DNA of 64,000 nt, from the NCBI GenBank assembly GCA_963675745.2, contig CAXXWX010000001.1, forward strand, positions 128,001-192,000, read 5' to 3'. The notes beneath the pieces were generated by a model, which saw nothing but the letters and a program-made list of their open reading frames with translations, was not told where the DNA came from and searched no databases. Shown piece by piece: positions 45,737 through 55,488 of the stretch; positions within the stretch are counted from its first letter, which is position 1; the number at the start of each line of letters is the position of its first letter. Source of the stretch: Phycisphaerae bacterium (lineage in GTDB: Bacteria; Planctomycetota; Phycisphaerae; UBA1845; Fen-1342). Made by a program: the position numbers and the translations under genes.

Positions 45737-46573
45737 TTACACTTCGGACAAGTGAATGCTGCCGGCCGGGTCATCACCGTACGCTACACGGAGGCGTGAG
45801 GGATCGTCGCCCAGGCCGTTGTAGGTGATCACGGGCGTATCGCCGCGGTAATCACCGCTGTACAGGCCGCAGAGGATTTCCGTGTCCGGCCCCGGGCGGT
45901 TCAGCGTAACGCCGGCGGCAATCAGGTATATGGTCGGGCTGTGAGTCCGATGGCGGTGGATGTCGAGCTCGACGCGCCTGACTTGAAGCCGTGCGTGGAC
46001 GACGGCCACCAGCAGGCTGCGAAATCGCCGATCAACACTGCTCTCGTCATGAAGCTGCGCGAGCCGGTCCACGCCACCCGAGTTGAACGCCTCGCGCAAG
46101 TCGTCCAGGAACGGTCGCTGCGTCTTGCCGGCCAGCAGCGCGTGCAGCGCGCCACAAGCCGCCGACTCGCAATCATACCGCTCCATGCCGCCGAAGGTCT
46201 GCGACTCGCGCGCTCCGACGGCGGCAACGTGTGCGTTTACTTTGATCATCAGCACCTTGAACGCCGACGACGATTCGGGCGTGGCGTAATGATGTTCGGC
46301 GACCGGAATGGCCCCCCACTCATAGCGCCCGCCCAGGTTGGACAGGCGGAACGGCGCCGGCTTGCCCAGCTTCAGCTCGGGCAGCAGTTTGTGGACGAAC
46401 ATGCGCTGGAAGGAGTCGACGCACTCCCACTCTGATTCGTCCGCGCAGGTGACGTGCATGGCGCCGACCGCCGCCGGTCCGAGCCCGCGCACATAATGGC
46501 AAAGCCCCCGGTTGACCTCGTCAAGCCCGTGCTCCACTCCGATCATGCTGACAAGCTGTTCGTGTTCCATCAT
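45737..46573 (-). CDS. LCIB/theta-carbonic-anhydrase-like putative zinc protein
   Basis: VTCADE...FRLSNLGG...AEHHY...NAHVA...G...R...SAACGAL follows the LCIB-family Cys-x-Asp / His / Cys-Gly-Ala layout; start reassigned to ATG 46573. Confidence 0.55.
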   Translation of the reverse strand: MMEHEQLVSMIGVEHGLDEVNRGLCHYVRGLGPAAVGAMHVTCADESEWECVDSFQRMFVHKLLPELKLGKPAPFRLSNLGGRYEWGAIPVAEHHYATPESSSAFKVLMIKVNAHVAAVGARESQTFGGMERYDCESAACGALHALLAGKTQRPFLDDLREAFNSGGVDRLAQLHDESSVDRRFRSLLVAVVHARLQVRRVELDIHRHRTHSPTIYLIAAGVTLNRPGPDTEILCGLYSGDYRGDTPVITYNGLGDDPSRLRVAYGDDPAGSIHLSEV

Positions 46574-46734
46574 GTACCGTCCATAGTCGATCCAGGATTG
46601 GCCGCGGTTCGCGTATATCCGATCGCCACCGCCACGGTCAAGGCGCCCGGACGCCGAGATAATGCGGGGATGGGGCGGTGCCGAGATTCGCTCCTCTGGC
46701 ACGCGCCTCTGGTTGCCGTTAGGATTAGCGCTTG

Positions 46735-46853
46735 CCCCGAGGTTGACGGTCGGGCCGGTGCAGTGCGTCGGTCGGACAACGGGTCAGGACGGGAACGTAG
46801 CAGCCCACCCGGCTCGATCCACGTGCTCCGTCAACCCGGCCTGATCCTCGGGG
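46735..46853 (+). ncRNA. ffs: Signal recognition particle RNA (4.5S)
   Basis: Domain IV GGGTCAGG-ACG-GGAA-CGT-AGCAGCCC (46781-46806), long flanking stem closed by CCCCGAGG/CCTCGGGG, then a T-run; upstream of dnaX-ybaB-recR, a common context. Ends approximate. Confidence 0.85.
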
Positions 46854-46869
46854 TTTTTTGTGAGTATCG

Positions 46870-46938
46870 AGGGTTTGGGGTTCAGGGTTTGGCATTGTGC
46901 TCACCCGCCCCCCTAAACCCTAGACCCTAAACCCTGAC
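46870..46938. repeat. Inverted heptamer tandem repeats
   Basis: AGGGTTT GGGGTTC AGGGTTT (46870-46890) and CCCTAAA CCCTAGA CCCTAAA CCCTGAC (46911-46938). Confidence 0.7.
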
Positions 46939-46945
46939 AACCTCC

Positions 46946-48400
46946 ATGGCCTACACAGTTCTTGCCCGCAAATATCGCAGCCGGACGTTTGACGAGGTCG
47001 TCGGCCAGGAGCCGATCGCCACGACGTTGGTCAATGCCATCAAGGCCGGCCGCGTTCATCACGGCTACCTGTTTACCGGCACGCGCGGCGTGGGCAAGAC
47101 CAGCATGGCGCGAATCCTCGCCAAGGCGCTGAACTGTCTCAAGACCAAGCAACCGACCGTCAAGCCGTGTTTGAAGTGCGACGCCTGTACCAAGATCGCC
47201 GAGGGCGAAGATATCGACGTGGTCGAAATCGACGCGGCGAGCAACACCGGCGTCGACAACATCCGCGAGCTACGTGGTAACACCGCTTATCGCCCGGCGC
47301 GATCGCGATTCAAGATCTACATTATCGATGAGGTACACATGCTCTCGATCGGGGCCTTCAACGCCCTGCTGAAGACCCTTGAGGAGCCACCCGACCATGT
47401 GAAGTTCATCCTCGCGACGACCGAGACACAGAAAGTGCCGCCCACGGTCCAGAGCAGGTGCCAGCGTTTCAACTTCCGCAACATAGGACCGGACGCCATC
47501 GCCCAGCGCCTCACCGAGATCGCCAAGGACGAAGGCGCGACCGCTGAGACGGCCGTGGTGCAGCGCGTTGCTCGGCTGGCAAACGGCTCGATGCGCGATG
47601 CGCTGAGCATCCTCGATCAACTGCTGTCGGTTTCGCCAAAGAAGCTCACGGCGGACGTGCTCGACGAAATACTCCCGCCCGCGCTCGATGAACAGGTTTT
47701 CAAGCTCATGCGCCACGCGGCGGACGGTGAAATTGCGCAGGTGTTGGCTGTCACCGATGAGATCCTTGGCCAGGGCCGCGGTCCTGAGCTACTGTGCGCC
47801 GATACCATCGAGGCGATGCGAAGTCTGATGCTGCTGAGGGCCTGTGGACCGGACGCGCCGATGGTGGACGTTCCCGCCGCGGAGCGTGAGGCATATGTCA
47901 AGCTCAGCGGCGAATTTGAGCTTTCGCAGTACGTTCAGATGATCGCGATGTTCGAGGAACTGCGCCGCGGTGTGCGCTTCAGCGCGGCGGGCCGCGCGCT
48001 GCTGGATGCGGCGATGGTGCGATTGGCGCACACCAAGCGCTGGACCCCAATCGAGACCCTGCTGGACCAGCTCGGCGACGACAACGCCGGTGGCGTTCAA
48101 AAAAAAAAGCGCGCGCCCACGGTAGCCCCCTCGCCGGCGCCCGCTGACCAGCGCCCCGACGCTCCTCCGGTCCAACACGATCAATCGCCGCCACATGTTG
48201 ACAGTGCCTCGCGGCAGCAGGCCTCCAGTGGCGTAACGGCGGTCTCACAGGCCCCCGCCGCCTCCGTGACCATGTCACAGGAAGACCAGCAGCGCATCCG
48301 GCAGGATCCGCTGGTGCAACAGGTACTTACGATGTTCGATGGTATGATCGTCAATGCGGGTTGGCGGTCTCAAGGGGCCGTTCAAGACGATGTGGAGTGA
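46946..48400 (+). CDS. dnaX: DNA polymerase III subunit gamma/tau
   Basis: LARKYR, GTRGVGKT, EIDAASNTGVD, IIDEVHML, NALLKTLEEPP, SRC, GSMRDALS. Confidence 0.97.
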   Translation: MAYTVLARKYRSRTFDEVVGQEPIATTLVNAIKAGRVHHGYLFTGTRGVGKTSMARILAKALNCLKTKQPTVKPCLKCDACTKIAEGEDIDVVEIDAASNTGVDNIRELRGNTAYRPARSRFKIYIIDEVHMLSIGAFNALLKTLEEPPDHVKFILATTETQKVPPTVQSRCQRFNFRNIGPDAIAQRLTEIAKDEGATAETAVVQRVARLANGSMRDALSILDQLLSVSPKKLTADVLDEILPPALDEQVFKLMRHAADGEIAQVLAVTDEILGQGRGPELLCADTIEAMRSLMLLRACGPDAPMVDVPAAEREAYVKLSGEFELSQYVQMIAMFEELRRGVRFSAAGRALLDAAMVRLAHTKRWTPIETLLDQLGDDNAGGVQKKKRAPTVAPSPAPADQRPDAPPVQHDQSPPHVDSASRQQASSGVTAVSQAPAASVTMSQEDQQRIRQDPLVQQVLTMFDGMIVNAGWRSQGAVQDDVE

Positions 48401-48403
48401 CGT

Positions 48404-48751
48404 ATGTTCGGCAATATGGCACAACTGATGCAACTGCTCAGAGAAGCACCGCGGATCAAGCAGCATGTGAGCGAGATCCAGCAGCGCCTCGCCGAAGCAC
48501 GCTATACCGGCGAAGCCGGCGGCGGCCAGGTTCGCATTGTGGTGGACGGCAAGGGCGAGCCGCAGGAAATCACGCTGGAGCCGGAGCTGATCAAGAGTGG
48601 TGATGCCGAACTGATCGAGGAACTCGTGCTCGCCGCCATCCGCGACAGCATGCAGCAGACCCGAGACGCCGCCCAGCGCGAAATGCAGAGTCTGACCGGC
48701 GGGGTTGATTTGGGACCGCTCATGAACATGTTCGGCGGGTCGCAACCGTGA
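48404..48751 (+). CDS. ybaB: YbaB/EbfC nucleoid-associated protein
   Basis: GEAGGGQVRIVVDGKG, ELIEELVLAAIRD; dnaX-ybaB-recR synteny. Confidence 0.92.
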   Translation: MFGNMAQLMQLLREAPRIKQHVSEIQQRLAEARYTGEAGGGQVRIVVDGKGEPQEITLEPELIKSGDAELIEELVLAAIRDSMQQTRDAAQREMQSLTGGVDLGPLMNMFGGSQP

Positions 48752-49359
48752 ACGAAAGGCCCCTGACCGGCCCGCTGCAACGTCTGATCGAGGAGCTCAC
48801 CAGGCTCCCCGGAATCGGGGCGCGCTCGGCCGAGCGAATCGCGTTCCACATCCTGAAGGCGGATCGCGACGAGGCCATGGCACTGGCTCGCGCTATCGCG
48901 GACACAAAGGAGAAAATCCGGCCGTGCCGAGAGTGCTTCAATCTGGCGGATGCTGAACTCTGCCACATCTGTCAGGACCATCGGCGTGACGCCGGCCAGG
49001 TGGTCGTCGTCGAACAACCCAAGGATCTGCTGGCCCTGGAGGCCACCGGGCTGATCCGCGGGCGATATCACGTGCTGATGGGGCACATCGCACCGCTGGA
49101 GGGTATCGAGCCGGCCCATCTGACAATTGATGCGCTGGTGAAACGGGTCAAGGATGGCGGCGTAAAGGAAGTGATCCTGGCGACCAACCCGACGCTCGAG
49201 GGTGACGCGACCGCCCTGCACATCATCAGCCTGCTCGCCGATCTCGACGTGCGCGTCACGCGCCTGGCCCGCGGGATCGCACCAGGGGCGCAGCTCGAAT
49301 ACGCGAACCGCGCCATGCTGGAAGAGGCCTTCCGCGGCCGGCAAGACGCCGGGCAATAG
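48748..49359 (+). CDS. recR: Recombination mediator RecR
   Basis: LPGIGARSAERIAFH, C4 zinc finger, EVILATNPTLEGDATA, TRLARG. Confidence 0.97.
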   Translation: MNERPLTGPLQRLIEELTRLPGIGARSAERIAFHILKADRDEAMALARAIADTKEKIRPCRECFNLADAELCHICQDHRRDAGQVVVVEQPKDLLALEATGLIRGRYHVLMGHIAPLEGIEPAHLTIDALVKRVKDGGVKEVILATNPTLEGDATALHIISLLADLDVRVTRLARGIAPGAQLEYANRAMLEEAFRGRQDAGQ

Positions 49360-49623
49360 CGCCGTCGCGGCGAGCCCCCATACACATACGACTCGTGCGA
49401 CAGCGACCGCGGCTGTGTGCTCGCGCGGCACATACTGCCAACACGATGTTGCGGCGCAGCCGCAACGAGAAACTGTCAACTGCCAACATCCGCGAACACA
49501 ACAAACCAAGCGATTGCCTGGTCCACTGCTGCGAATCCGCCGCGCACTCGTAGCCGCACTTTGAGCAGAGTTGACATTCTTGTCGCTGCCAGCGACGGTC
49601 GCACCAGCGACGGTCCCGCGGGG

Positions 49624-49650
49624 GTAGGTGCGAGATGGGAATCTCGCACC
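49624..49650 (+). repeat. GTAG-type REP-like palindrome
   Basis: GTAG leading into perfect stem GGTGCGAGAT-GGGA-ATCTCGCACC. Confidence 0.55.
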
Positions 49651-49721
49651 AGCGATCTCATCTGGCGCCAGCGACAGCAATCGCGCACGAGCCGTGAACG
49701 TCCGCCTCGGGAAAGTGAACG

Positions 49722-50615
49722 CTACGGGCCAAACAGACCCGGCTCGAGCGGCGGAAGCGCGATGCGCTCCAGTCGCGGGTAGGCGTCTAATAGTGATTCC
49801 GGCACCGAGACCTTGCCTTCCTCGAGAATCGACTTGATCTCAAGGCCATTCACCACCGCCTGGCCGCGATAGTGGTTATTCGTAAATACGTACACGTCGT
49901 CCGCGGCGGTGGCCATATCACGAATTCGATCAATCCACGCGCGGATTTCGTCGTCGGCGTACAGGTAGTTGTAACGCTCGTAAGCCGGCACATTGTCCGC
50001 AAACCAGTTCTGCGCGTTGCGGCCGTGCAGACGCGTGTACGCCGTTGCGCCAAACACGTGCGAAGTCGGCTCGACGCAGTCGCGCAAACGCGGCTGGTCG
50101 ATGTTGCAGTACGCCCCCACTTCGCGCAGCACGCTCAAAGCCTGCGGCGCGGCCCACGAGGCGTGGCGAACCTCGACCACGCGATCGTATTCCGCAAACT
50201 GGTCGCGCAGGCGCTTGAGCCAATCCACGGCCGCCGCGTCAAACCGAAACGACCAGGGGAATTGCATGAGCAGCGGCCCCAGCACACCCCGCTCGCGCAA
50301 CGGCGAGAGCGCATCCTTGAACGCGCGCGCGTCGGCGGCCGCTGGAAACTCGTGTCGTTGGTGCGTAAAGCTCTGGGTCAGTTTGATGGCGAAGCGGAAC
50401 CGGTCGGGCACCAGCGCCGGCCACGCCGACGTCATTTTCTGCGTGGGAATCCGATAGAAGCTCGTGTTCACCTCGACCGCGTTAAACAGCCGACCGATGG
50501 CTGCCAGCGGCTTGAACCCGCGCCCGCGATGCTTCGGATACACCACGCCGTTCCAGTCGTCGTAGCTCCACCCGGAGGGGCCGATCCAGAGATTATGTTG
50601 CGGCGCGGCAGCCAT
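49722..50615 (-). CDS. DUF72 (YecE family) protein
   Basis: IGPSGWSYDDW, VEVNTSFYRIP, LMQFPWSF, VEVRHASW, YTRLHGRN, FTNNH; start reassigned to ATG 50615. Confidence 0.92.
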   Translation of the reverse strand: MAAAPQHNLWIGPSGWSYDDWNGVVYPKHRGRGFKPLAAIGRLFNAVEVNTSFYRIPTQKMTSAWPALVPDRFRFAIKLTQSFTHQRHEFPAAADARAFKDALSPLRERGVLGPLLMQFPWSFRFDAAAVDWLKRLRDQFAEYDRVVEVRHASWAAPQALSVLREVGAYCNIDQPRLRDCVEPTSHVFGATAYTRLHGRNAQNWFADNVPAYERYNYLYADDEIRAWIDRIRDMATAADDVYVFTNNHYRGQAVVNGLEIKSILEEGKVSVPESLLDAYPRLERIALPPLEPGLFGP

Positions 50616-50804
50616 ACTTACGTGGTAGCGAGTTCGGGCGGAGCTGGCAAGCTTTACGTGCGCGCCGGGCCCGCTAGGAAGCCGTACCCGACCAGGAGCG
50701 ATGTGCCGGTGAATGCACCCACGCCGATGTTCCATGAGCTCCAGGCTTGGGATACGATCTTGCCGCAATAGCGTTTGGCGGTTTGAGACCGACGCCGGTG
50801 GCGA

Positions 50805-51335
50805 TTGAACCAGGAGTCTGCCACGTTTTCCCGTTATGTGATGGATGCTCGGGGGCGCCGGGTCGCCATCCTGGACCCGGTTAGCCTGCACCTGTGGCGG
50901 CCGGTGACGGCGCGGCTGATGAACCGGCCAGATGTGATCGCCGCGGCGCCGTTAAAGGCGATCGCGGTCGAGCTCGACCCCACCTGGGCAAAACGCGGCT
51001 ACCTGGTCCTGCTCGTGTACGTCGTGGGCCTGCTGTTGTGCTTTGGCGGCAGCCTCCACTACCGGGCATACATCAGCGTCAATCCAACCTGGGATATCGT
51101 GGGAGTGATGTTCTGGGTGGTGCAGTTCGCCGCGTTGTTCGGGGCCTTCGCCGCTTCATGGTGGATTGGCGCGCGCGTGCGTCGGCCGCGCATATGCGCG
51201 GTGATGCTCAAGCATGGTCGATGCCCGCATTGCGGGTACGACCTGCACGGCTCGGTCGCCGACCCGGCGGACTCGGCGACGGTGTGCCCGGAGTGCGGGT
51301 GCGCGTGGATCGTCGCAGACGCGCATACGCCATAG
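50805..51335 (+). CDS. Two-TM membrane protein with C-terminal zinc ribbon
   Basis: Two hydrophobic segments, then CPHCGYDL...CPECG; start uncertain (TTG 50805 or ATG 50841). Confidence 0.75.
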   Translation: MNQESATFSRYVMDARGRRVAILDPVSLHLWRPVTARLMNRPDVIAAAPLKAIAVELDPTWAKRGYLVLLVYVVGLLLCFGGSLHYRAYISVNPTWDIVGVMFWVVQFAALFGAFAASWWIGARVRRPRICAVMLKHGRCPHCGYDLHGSVADPADSATVCPECGCAWIVADAHTP

Positions 51336-51452
51336 ATTCGGGGCGTAGCTTGAATTCCGGCAATGTGACGCCAAAACGCAGGGTCTGAAACACGGCTCTG
51401 CGGAGTCAACGTCGACCTTTATGTGGGTATGCTCGCCTGATACAATGGTAAA

Positions 51453-52418
51453 ATGCGTGTTGCTTTCGAATTCAGATTGGCCAGACTGCCCCAATTGCGG
51501 CGAGCCTGCGGCGCGTTCACACTCGTTGAGCTGCTGGTCGTGGTTGCGATCATCGGACTTTTGGTCAGCATCCTGTTGCCGGCGCTGTCCTCAGCGCGCC
51601 AGCAGGGCAAGTCGATCAAGTGCCTGGCCAACCTGCGCACCTTAGGCCAGGGGATGGCCATCTATCTCAACGACAACAACGACGTGCTCGTCCCCGGACG
51701 CCTGCCCAAGGTGGACGATTGCAACACGTACGCCGACATCTTCGGCAGCATCAAGTATCGCCCCACCTTTCTGGCGATGATGGCGCCGGCGGTTGGCCTG
51801 CCGCCGTTCGACGACCCCCAGGCCTGCAAGACCGATGTTGACCGTTACGGCGAGGATGGTGATCGCCAGGACTACGCCTACGATTCGTACGTGTGTCCAA
51901 GCGTGTCAGACTGGCGCGACGAGCGCAACGGCTCATACGGCTACAACTACCAGTTCCTCGGCAACTCGCGCCTCTCTGACAAGGGCGACCAACGATCATA
52001 CAAGAACTGGCCGGTCTCGATCACCAGGGTGCGCTCCGCGGGCCGCACCGTCATGATCGGCGACTGCATGGGAACCGCCGCTTCATGGCAGCCCAGCGAA
52101 CGCCAGGGTTACGTCAACAATTCGCGCGACGCCGAACGATTCGGCAACGAGGGGTTTAATCTCGACCCCCCGCTGGTTGATCCGGTCAACGGCGAGATGG
52201 CCAACTTCGACAAGTCGCCCCAGTCGCGCACGGCCGTGGATCCGCGACACCGGCAAAAGGGCAACGTTGTGTGGCTGGACGGCCACGGCAGCAGCATTGG
52301 ACTCGAGGAACTCGGGTACGAAGTGCTGGACAACGGCGTGATCGGCTTCGACGGCGATAACAGCCTGTGGAGCACCAACGGACGCGACGAGGCCTGGACG
52401 CCGGAGTATCGGCCGTAG
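51453..52418 (+). CDS. Prepilin-type N-terminal cleavage/methylation protein with H-X9-DG motif (DUF1559-like)
   Basis: GAFTLVELLVVVAIIGLLVSILLPALSSARQQGK...C.ANLR; RHRQKGNVVWLDGH. Confidence 0.9.
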   Translation: MRVAFEFRLARLPQLRRACGAFTLVELLVVVAIIGLLVSILLPALSSARQQGKSIKCLANLRTLGQGMAIYLNDNNDVLVPGRLPKVDDCNTYADIFGSIKYRPTFLAMMAPAVGLPPFDDPQACKTDVDRYGEDGDRQDYAYDSYVCPSVSDWRDERNGSYGYNYQFLGNSRLSDKGDQRSYKNWPVSITRVRSAGRTVMIGDCMGTAASWQPSERQGYVNNSRDAERFGNEGFNLDPPLVDPVNGEMANFDKSPQSRTAVDPRHRQKGNVVWLDGHGSSIGLEELGYEVLDNGVIGFDGDNSLWSTNGRDEAWTPEYRP

Positions 52419-52438
52419 GCTATAGCGCAGACCGGTCG

Positions 52439-54826
52439 TCACTCACTGGTGCCCAACCGCCAGCGGGCCAGGTGGTACTCGTACATTGGGTCCAGCCTGA
52501 ATGGATACGGCTCCAGTGCCAGATTCGTGTCGGCGCACTTGCGAAACCATGCTTCGGCCTCTTCAGCGCGCCGGGCAAGCCGGCAAGCCTCGCCAGCGTA
52601 GTAGTAGGCCTCGCACCGACGTTCCAGATTCGGCGGGTCCACCGCTTCGGCGGCGCTCACCAGCGCCTGGGGTTCGATTTTGCCCGTCAGGCAATCGAAG
52701 ATCTGCCTCAACCAGTCATCAGTGTCGCCCGCCGCGCACACCGCCGCCTGAAGCGCCCACGCCTCGGCACGGGTCTGTGCGGCGGCTCCGTCGCGATTGG
52801 CCACCTCCAGCAGACGAGCCTGGTCGTGCAGCACAAGGAACAGGCGAACGTCGCTGAAGGCGGCGTGGCCGAGCAGGCGACGAACTTCCCGATAGTCATC
52901 AGCCGCCTCGTCCAGCCTGCCGGTGAGCCAGTAGGCCAGGGCTCGCTTGTGACGCTCCCAGATGCCTTGGCGGCCCGTCAGATCGACGGCCGTCGAGTAA
53001 TCTGCCAGCGCCCTTGGATAGTCGCCCATGCAGATGTGCGCCGTGCCGCGATTGCGGTAGATTGAGACCGCGTCGCCGGACATAGCCAGGGCCTCGGTAT
53101 AGCTGTCCACGGCGTCCGCCCAGTGACTCTGCCGCATGCGGGCGCCGCCCTCGAAAAACAGCCACCCCGCGCGCGACGCGCGGTCAATGGCCATGAGCTT
53201 GCGCGCTGCGGTGCAGGCCTCCTCGTAGTCGCCCAACAGCAGCGCCAGTTGCGCGCGGCGCACCCAGAACAGCACGCGGGACGGCTCGCGCGTAATGGCC
53301 TGTCTCACACAATCCGCCGCCCGAAGCGGATCGAAGGTGGCAAAAGACCGGAGGTACCACGCTTCCGCCGTGTCCGGCGCTTCCGCGCGCGCCCGCGCCG
53401 TGAGCACGTCCGCCTCGTCGTGCTCCCCGATCAGGTTGTGCATCTCGCCGAGCAGAGCCCGCTGCGCCCACGCTCTCTGGTCGTTGGCGAGGTCACTCTC
53501 CAGGTCATCCATGGCCGCCAACATCATGTCCCGCCGGTTTAGATCCTGTCCCATCCGAAAGTGGACCTGCGCGTACAGCAGGTGCGCCTCCGTTAGGTCG
53601 GGGTACTGCGCCAGGGCGACCTCCACAAGCCTCAGGGCCTCCTCCAGAAGGCCCTCTTCCATCTTGTGCTGGCCCCCTGCAACGTCACGGCGGGCAGCGG
53701 CCAGACCCTGAGCGTGTTGGCGCTGGAGCGCGCGGTCACGCCACCAGGTTCCGCACCACAAACCACACAGGCCCAGCGCCACGGCCAGCGCGGCGACGGA
53801 TATCCGCGCGCGCTGCCTGAACAGCTTGCGGCGCAGGACATAGAGGCTGCTGGCCGGGCGCGCGATGATCGGTTCATTGGCCAAGTAGCGCTCGATGTCG
53901 GCGCCGAGCTCCTCGATCGATGCGTACCGCCGCCGCTTCTCCTTCTCAAGCGCTTTGAGAACAATGGTCTGTAGCTCGCGGTCTACCCGGTGCGACAGCG
54001 ACGCCGGCGGCTCGGGCTGTTGCTCGCGGATACGTTGGATGGTGTCGCTTGGGCTGCGGGCGGCATCGGTGGGCAGCCTGCCGGTAAGCGCCTCATAGAG
54101 CATCACGCCGACGGCATACACATCGGTTTGAGCGTCGATCTCGGATGAGTTGCCATCCGTCTGTTCGGGAGCTAGATAGCGCAGGGTTCCGACGACCTGT
54201 CCAGGCATCGACACGGACAGGCTCGGCTGGGAATTCGCGCCATCCGGGACCATCGCTTTCGATAACCCAAAGTCAAGGACGTGCGGTTTCGCTTCGGTAT
54301 CAACCAGCACGTTCGCTGGCTTGAGATCGCGGTGGATTACACCGTGTTCATGGGCATGGGCGACCGCCCGGCAAATGTCGGCAAAAACACGTAGCAACGC
54401 GGGCACGTCCACACGCTTGCTACGCACCCACTCGTCCAGGCGCACCGCCTCCACGTGGTCCATAGCGTAATAGGGCTGCCCGGTGGCGGTGAGACCACTC
54501 TCGAGCACTCTCACAATGCCGGGGTGTCGAAACCGAGCGGTCAGCTCCACTTCGCGCTGAAAACGCTGCCGGGCCGACCGCGAGGCAAACGCGCCCGCGA
54601 GCATGACTTTCAGCGCTACCACGCGCTTTGTCGACAACTGAAGCGCCCGGTAGACGACGCCCATGCCGCCGCGACCGATTTCATCCGTGATCTCAAAACC
54701 GGGGATCGCATCCCGTGGCGTGGAGAGCCCACCGGCGCCGCTCAGCGCCCGCGCCTCGCACTGCGCCGCCCTGATCAGGTCGAGCTCATGGTCAACCTGA
54801 GTGCCATCTTCCGCAGGAGAGTTCAC
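52439..54826 (-). CDS. Ser/Thr protein kinase with TM and TPR repeats
   Basis: Intact IGRGGMGVVY, VALK, HRDLKPAN, DFG, GTLRYLAPE, DVYAVG; TM; TPR-rich C-terminus. Confidence 0.93.
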   Translation of the reverse strand: MNSPAEDGTQVDHELDLIRAAQCEARALSGAGGLSTPRDAIPGFEITDEIGRGGMGVVYRALQLSTKRVVALKVMLAGAFASRSARQRFQREVELTARFRHPGIVRVLESGLTATGQPYYAMDHVEAVRLDEWVRSKRVDVPALLRVFADICRAVAHAHEHGVIHRDLKPANVLVDTEAKPHVLDFGLSKAMVPDGANSQPSLSVSMPGQVVGTLRYLAPEQTDGNSSEIDAQTDVYAVGVMLYEALTGRLPTDAARSPSDTIQRIREQQPEPPASLSHRVDRELQTIVLKALEKEKRRRYASIEELGADIERYLANEPIIARPASSLYVLRRKLFRQRARISVAALAVALGLCGLWCGTWWRDRALQRQHAQGLAAARRDVAGGQHKMEEGLLEEALRLVEVALAQYPDLTEAHLLYAQVHFRMGQDLNRRDMMLAAMDDLESDLANDQRAWAQRALLGEMHNLIGEHDEADVLTARARAEAPDTAEAWYLRSFATFDPLRAADCVRQAITREPSRVLFWVRRAQLALLLGDYEEACTAARKLMAIDRASRAGWLFFEGGARMRQSHWADAVDSYTEALAMSGDAVSIYRNRGTAHICMGDYPRALADYSTAVDLTGRQGIWERHKRALAYWLTGRLDEAADDYREVRRLLGHAAFSDVRLFLVLHDQARLLEVANRDGAAAQTRAEAWALQAAVCAAGDTDDWLRQIFDCLTGKIEPQALVSAAEAVDPPNLERRCEAYYYAGEACRLARRAEEAEAWFRKCADTNLALEPYPFRLDPMYEYHLARWRLGTSE

Positions 54827-54864
54827 CCACTATCCCCTGACCATAGTCCGGCGTGGCGATCGGA

Positions 54865-55488
54865 CTATCTGCCTGCGCTCAAATAACCGGACGCGCTGCC
54901 CAGCATCACACCCAGGCGCCGGTGGGCGCGTGCCCGCATCATATAGACCGCGCCGGTGCTGCGCTTCAAGGCGGCGGCTATCTCGTCAATCGGCCGACCT
55001 TCCAAATCGTACATGCGCACCGTCAGGCCGTAATCCTCGGGAAGTTGTTCAATTGCCCGCGCCAGCGCGGCACGGGCCTCCGCCCGAGCGGCGTGACGGC
55101 TGGGTGTGCTCTGCGTGGCCGCCAGCAACTCGTAGAGCGCCATCATGGAATCATGGTGATCGCTGGATTCCACTCGACAGTGCCCCTTGCCCCGTTTGTG
55201 AGCATCGAGCATTTTCAGGGCATCGGCGAGATTGCACTTTGCAAGCGACGTGAGCCACGCGGGGAACGACCCGCCGCTGTCAGGCTTGAATCGATGCAGG
55301 TCAAGAAACGCGTCGATATACGTCTGCTGCATCACGTCATCAGCGGTGAGCATGGACCGCCAGCGCTTCGGGATATTCCGCGCCACAACCCGACGCACGG
55401 CCGGACCGTGCTGGCTCAACAACGCGGTCAGGGCGTGCTCGTCGCCACGGTTGGCCTGTTCCAGCAGGTTGGCGTCCGAACTTCCCAC
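54865..55488 (-). CDS. ECF sigma-70 factor paired with the Ser/Thr kinase
   Basis: GDEHALTALL, ADDVMQQTY, FPAWL, STPSRHA, region 4 EIAAALKRSTGAV; start reassigned to GTG 55488 after a GGGAG RBS. Confidence 0.9.
   Translation of the reverse strand: MGSSDANLLEQANRGDEHALTALLSQHGPAVRRVVARNIPKRWRSMLTADDVMQQTYIDAFLDLHRFKPDSGGSFPAWLTSLAKCNLADALKMLDAHKRGKGHCRVESSDHHDSMMALYELLAATQSTPSRHAARAEARAALARAIEQLPEDYGLTVRMYDLEGRPIDEIAAALKRSTGAVYMMRARAHRRLGVMLGSASGYLSAGR

Noticed and set aside
46911..46938. Plant telomere-like CCCTAAA repeats suggesting contamination
   Set aside because: Only a few imperfect copies, paired with an inverted set, inside a coherent ffs-dnaX bacterial locus
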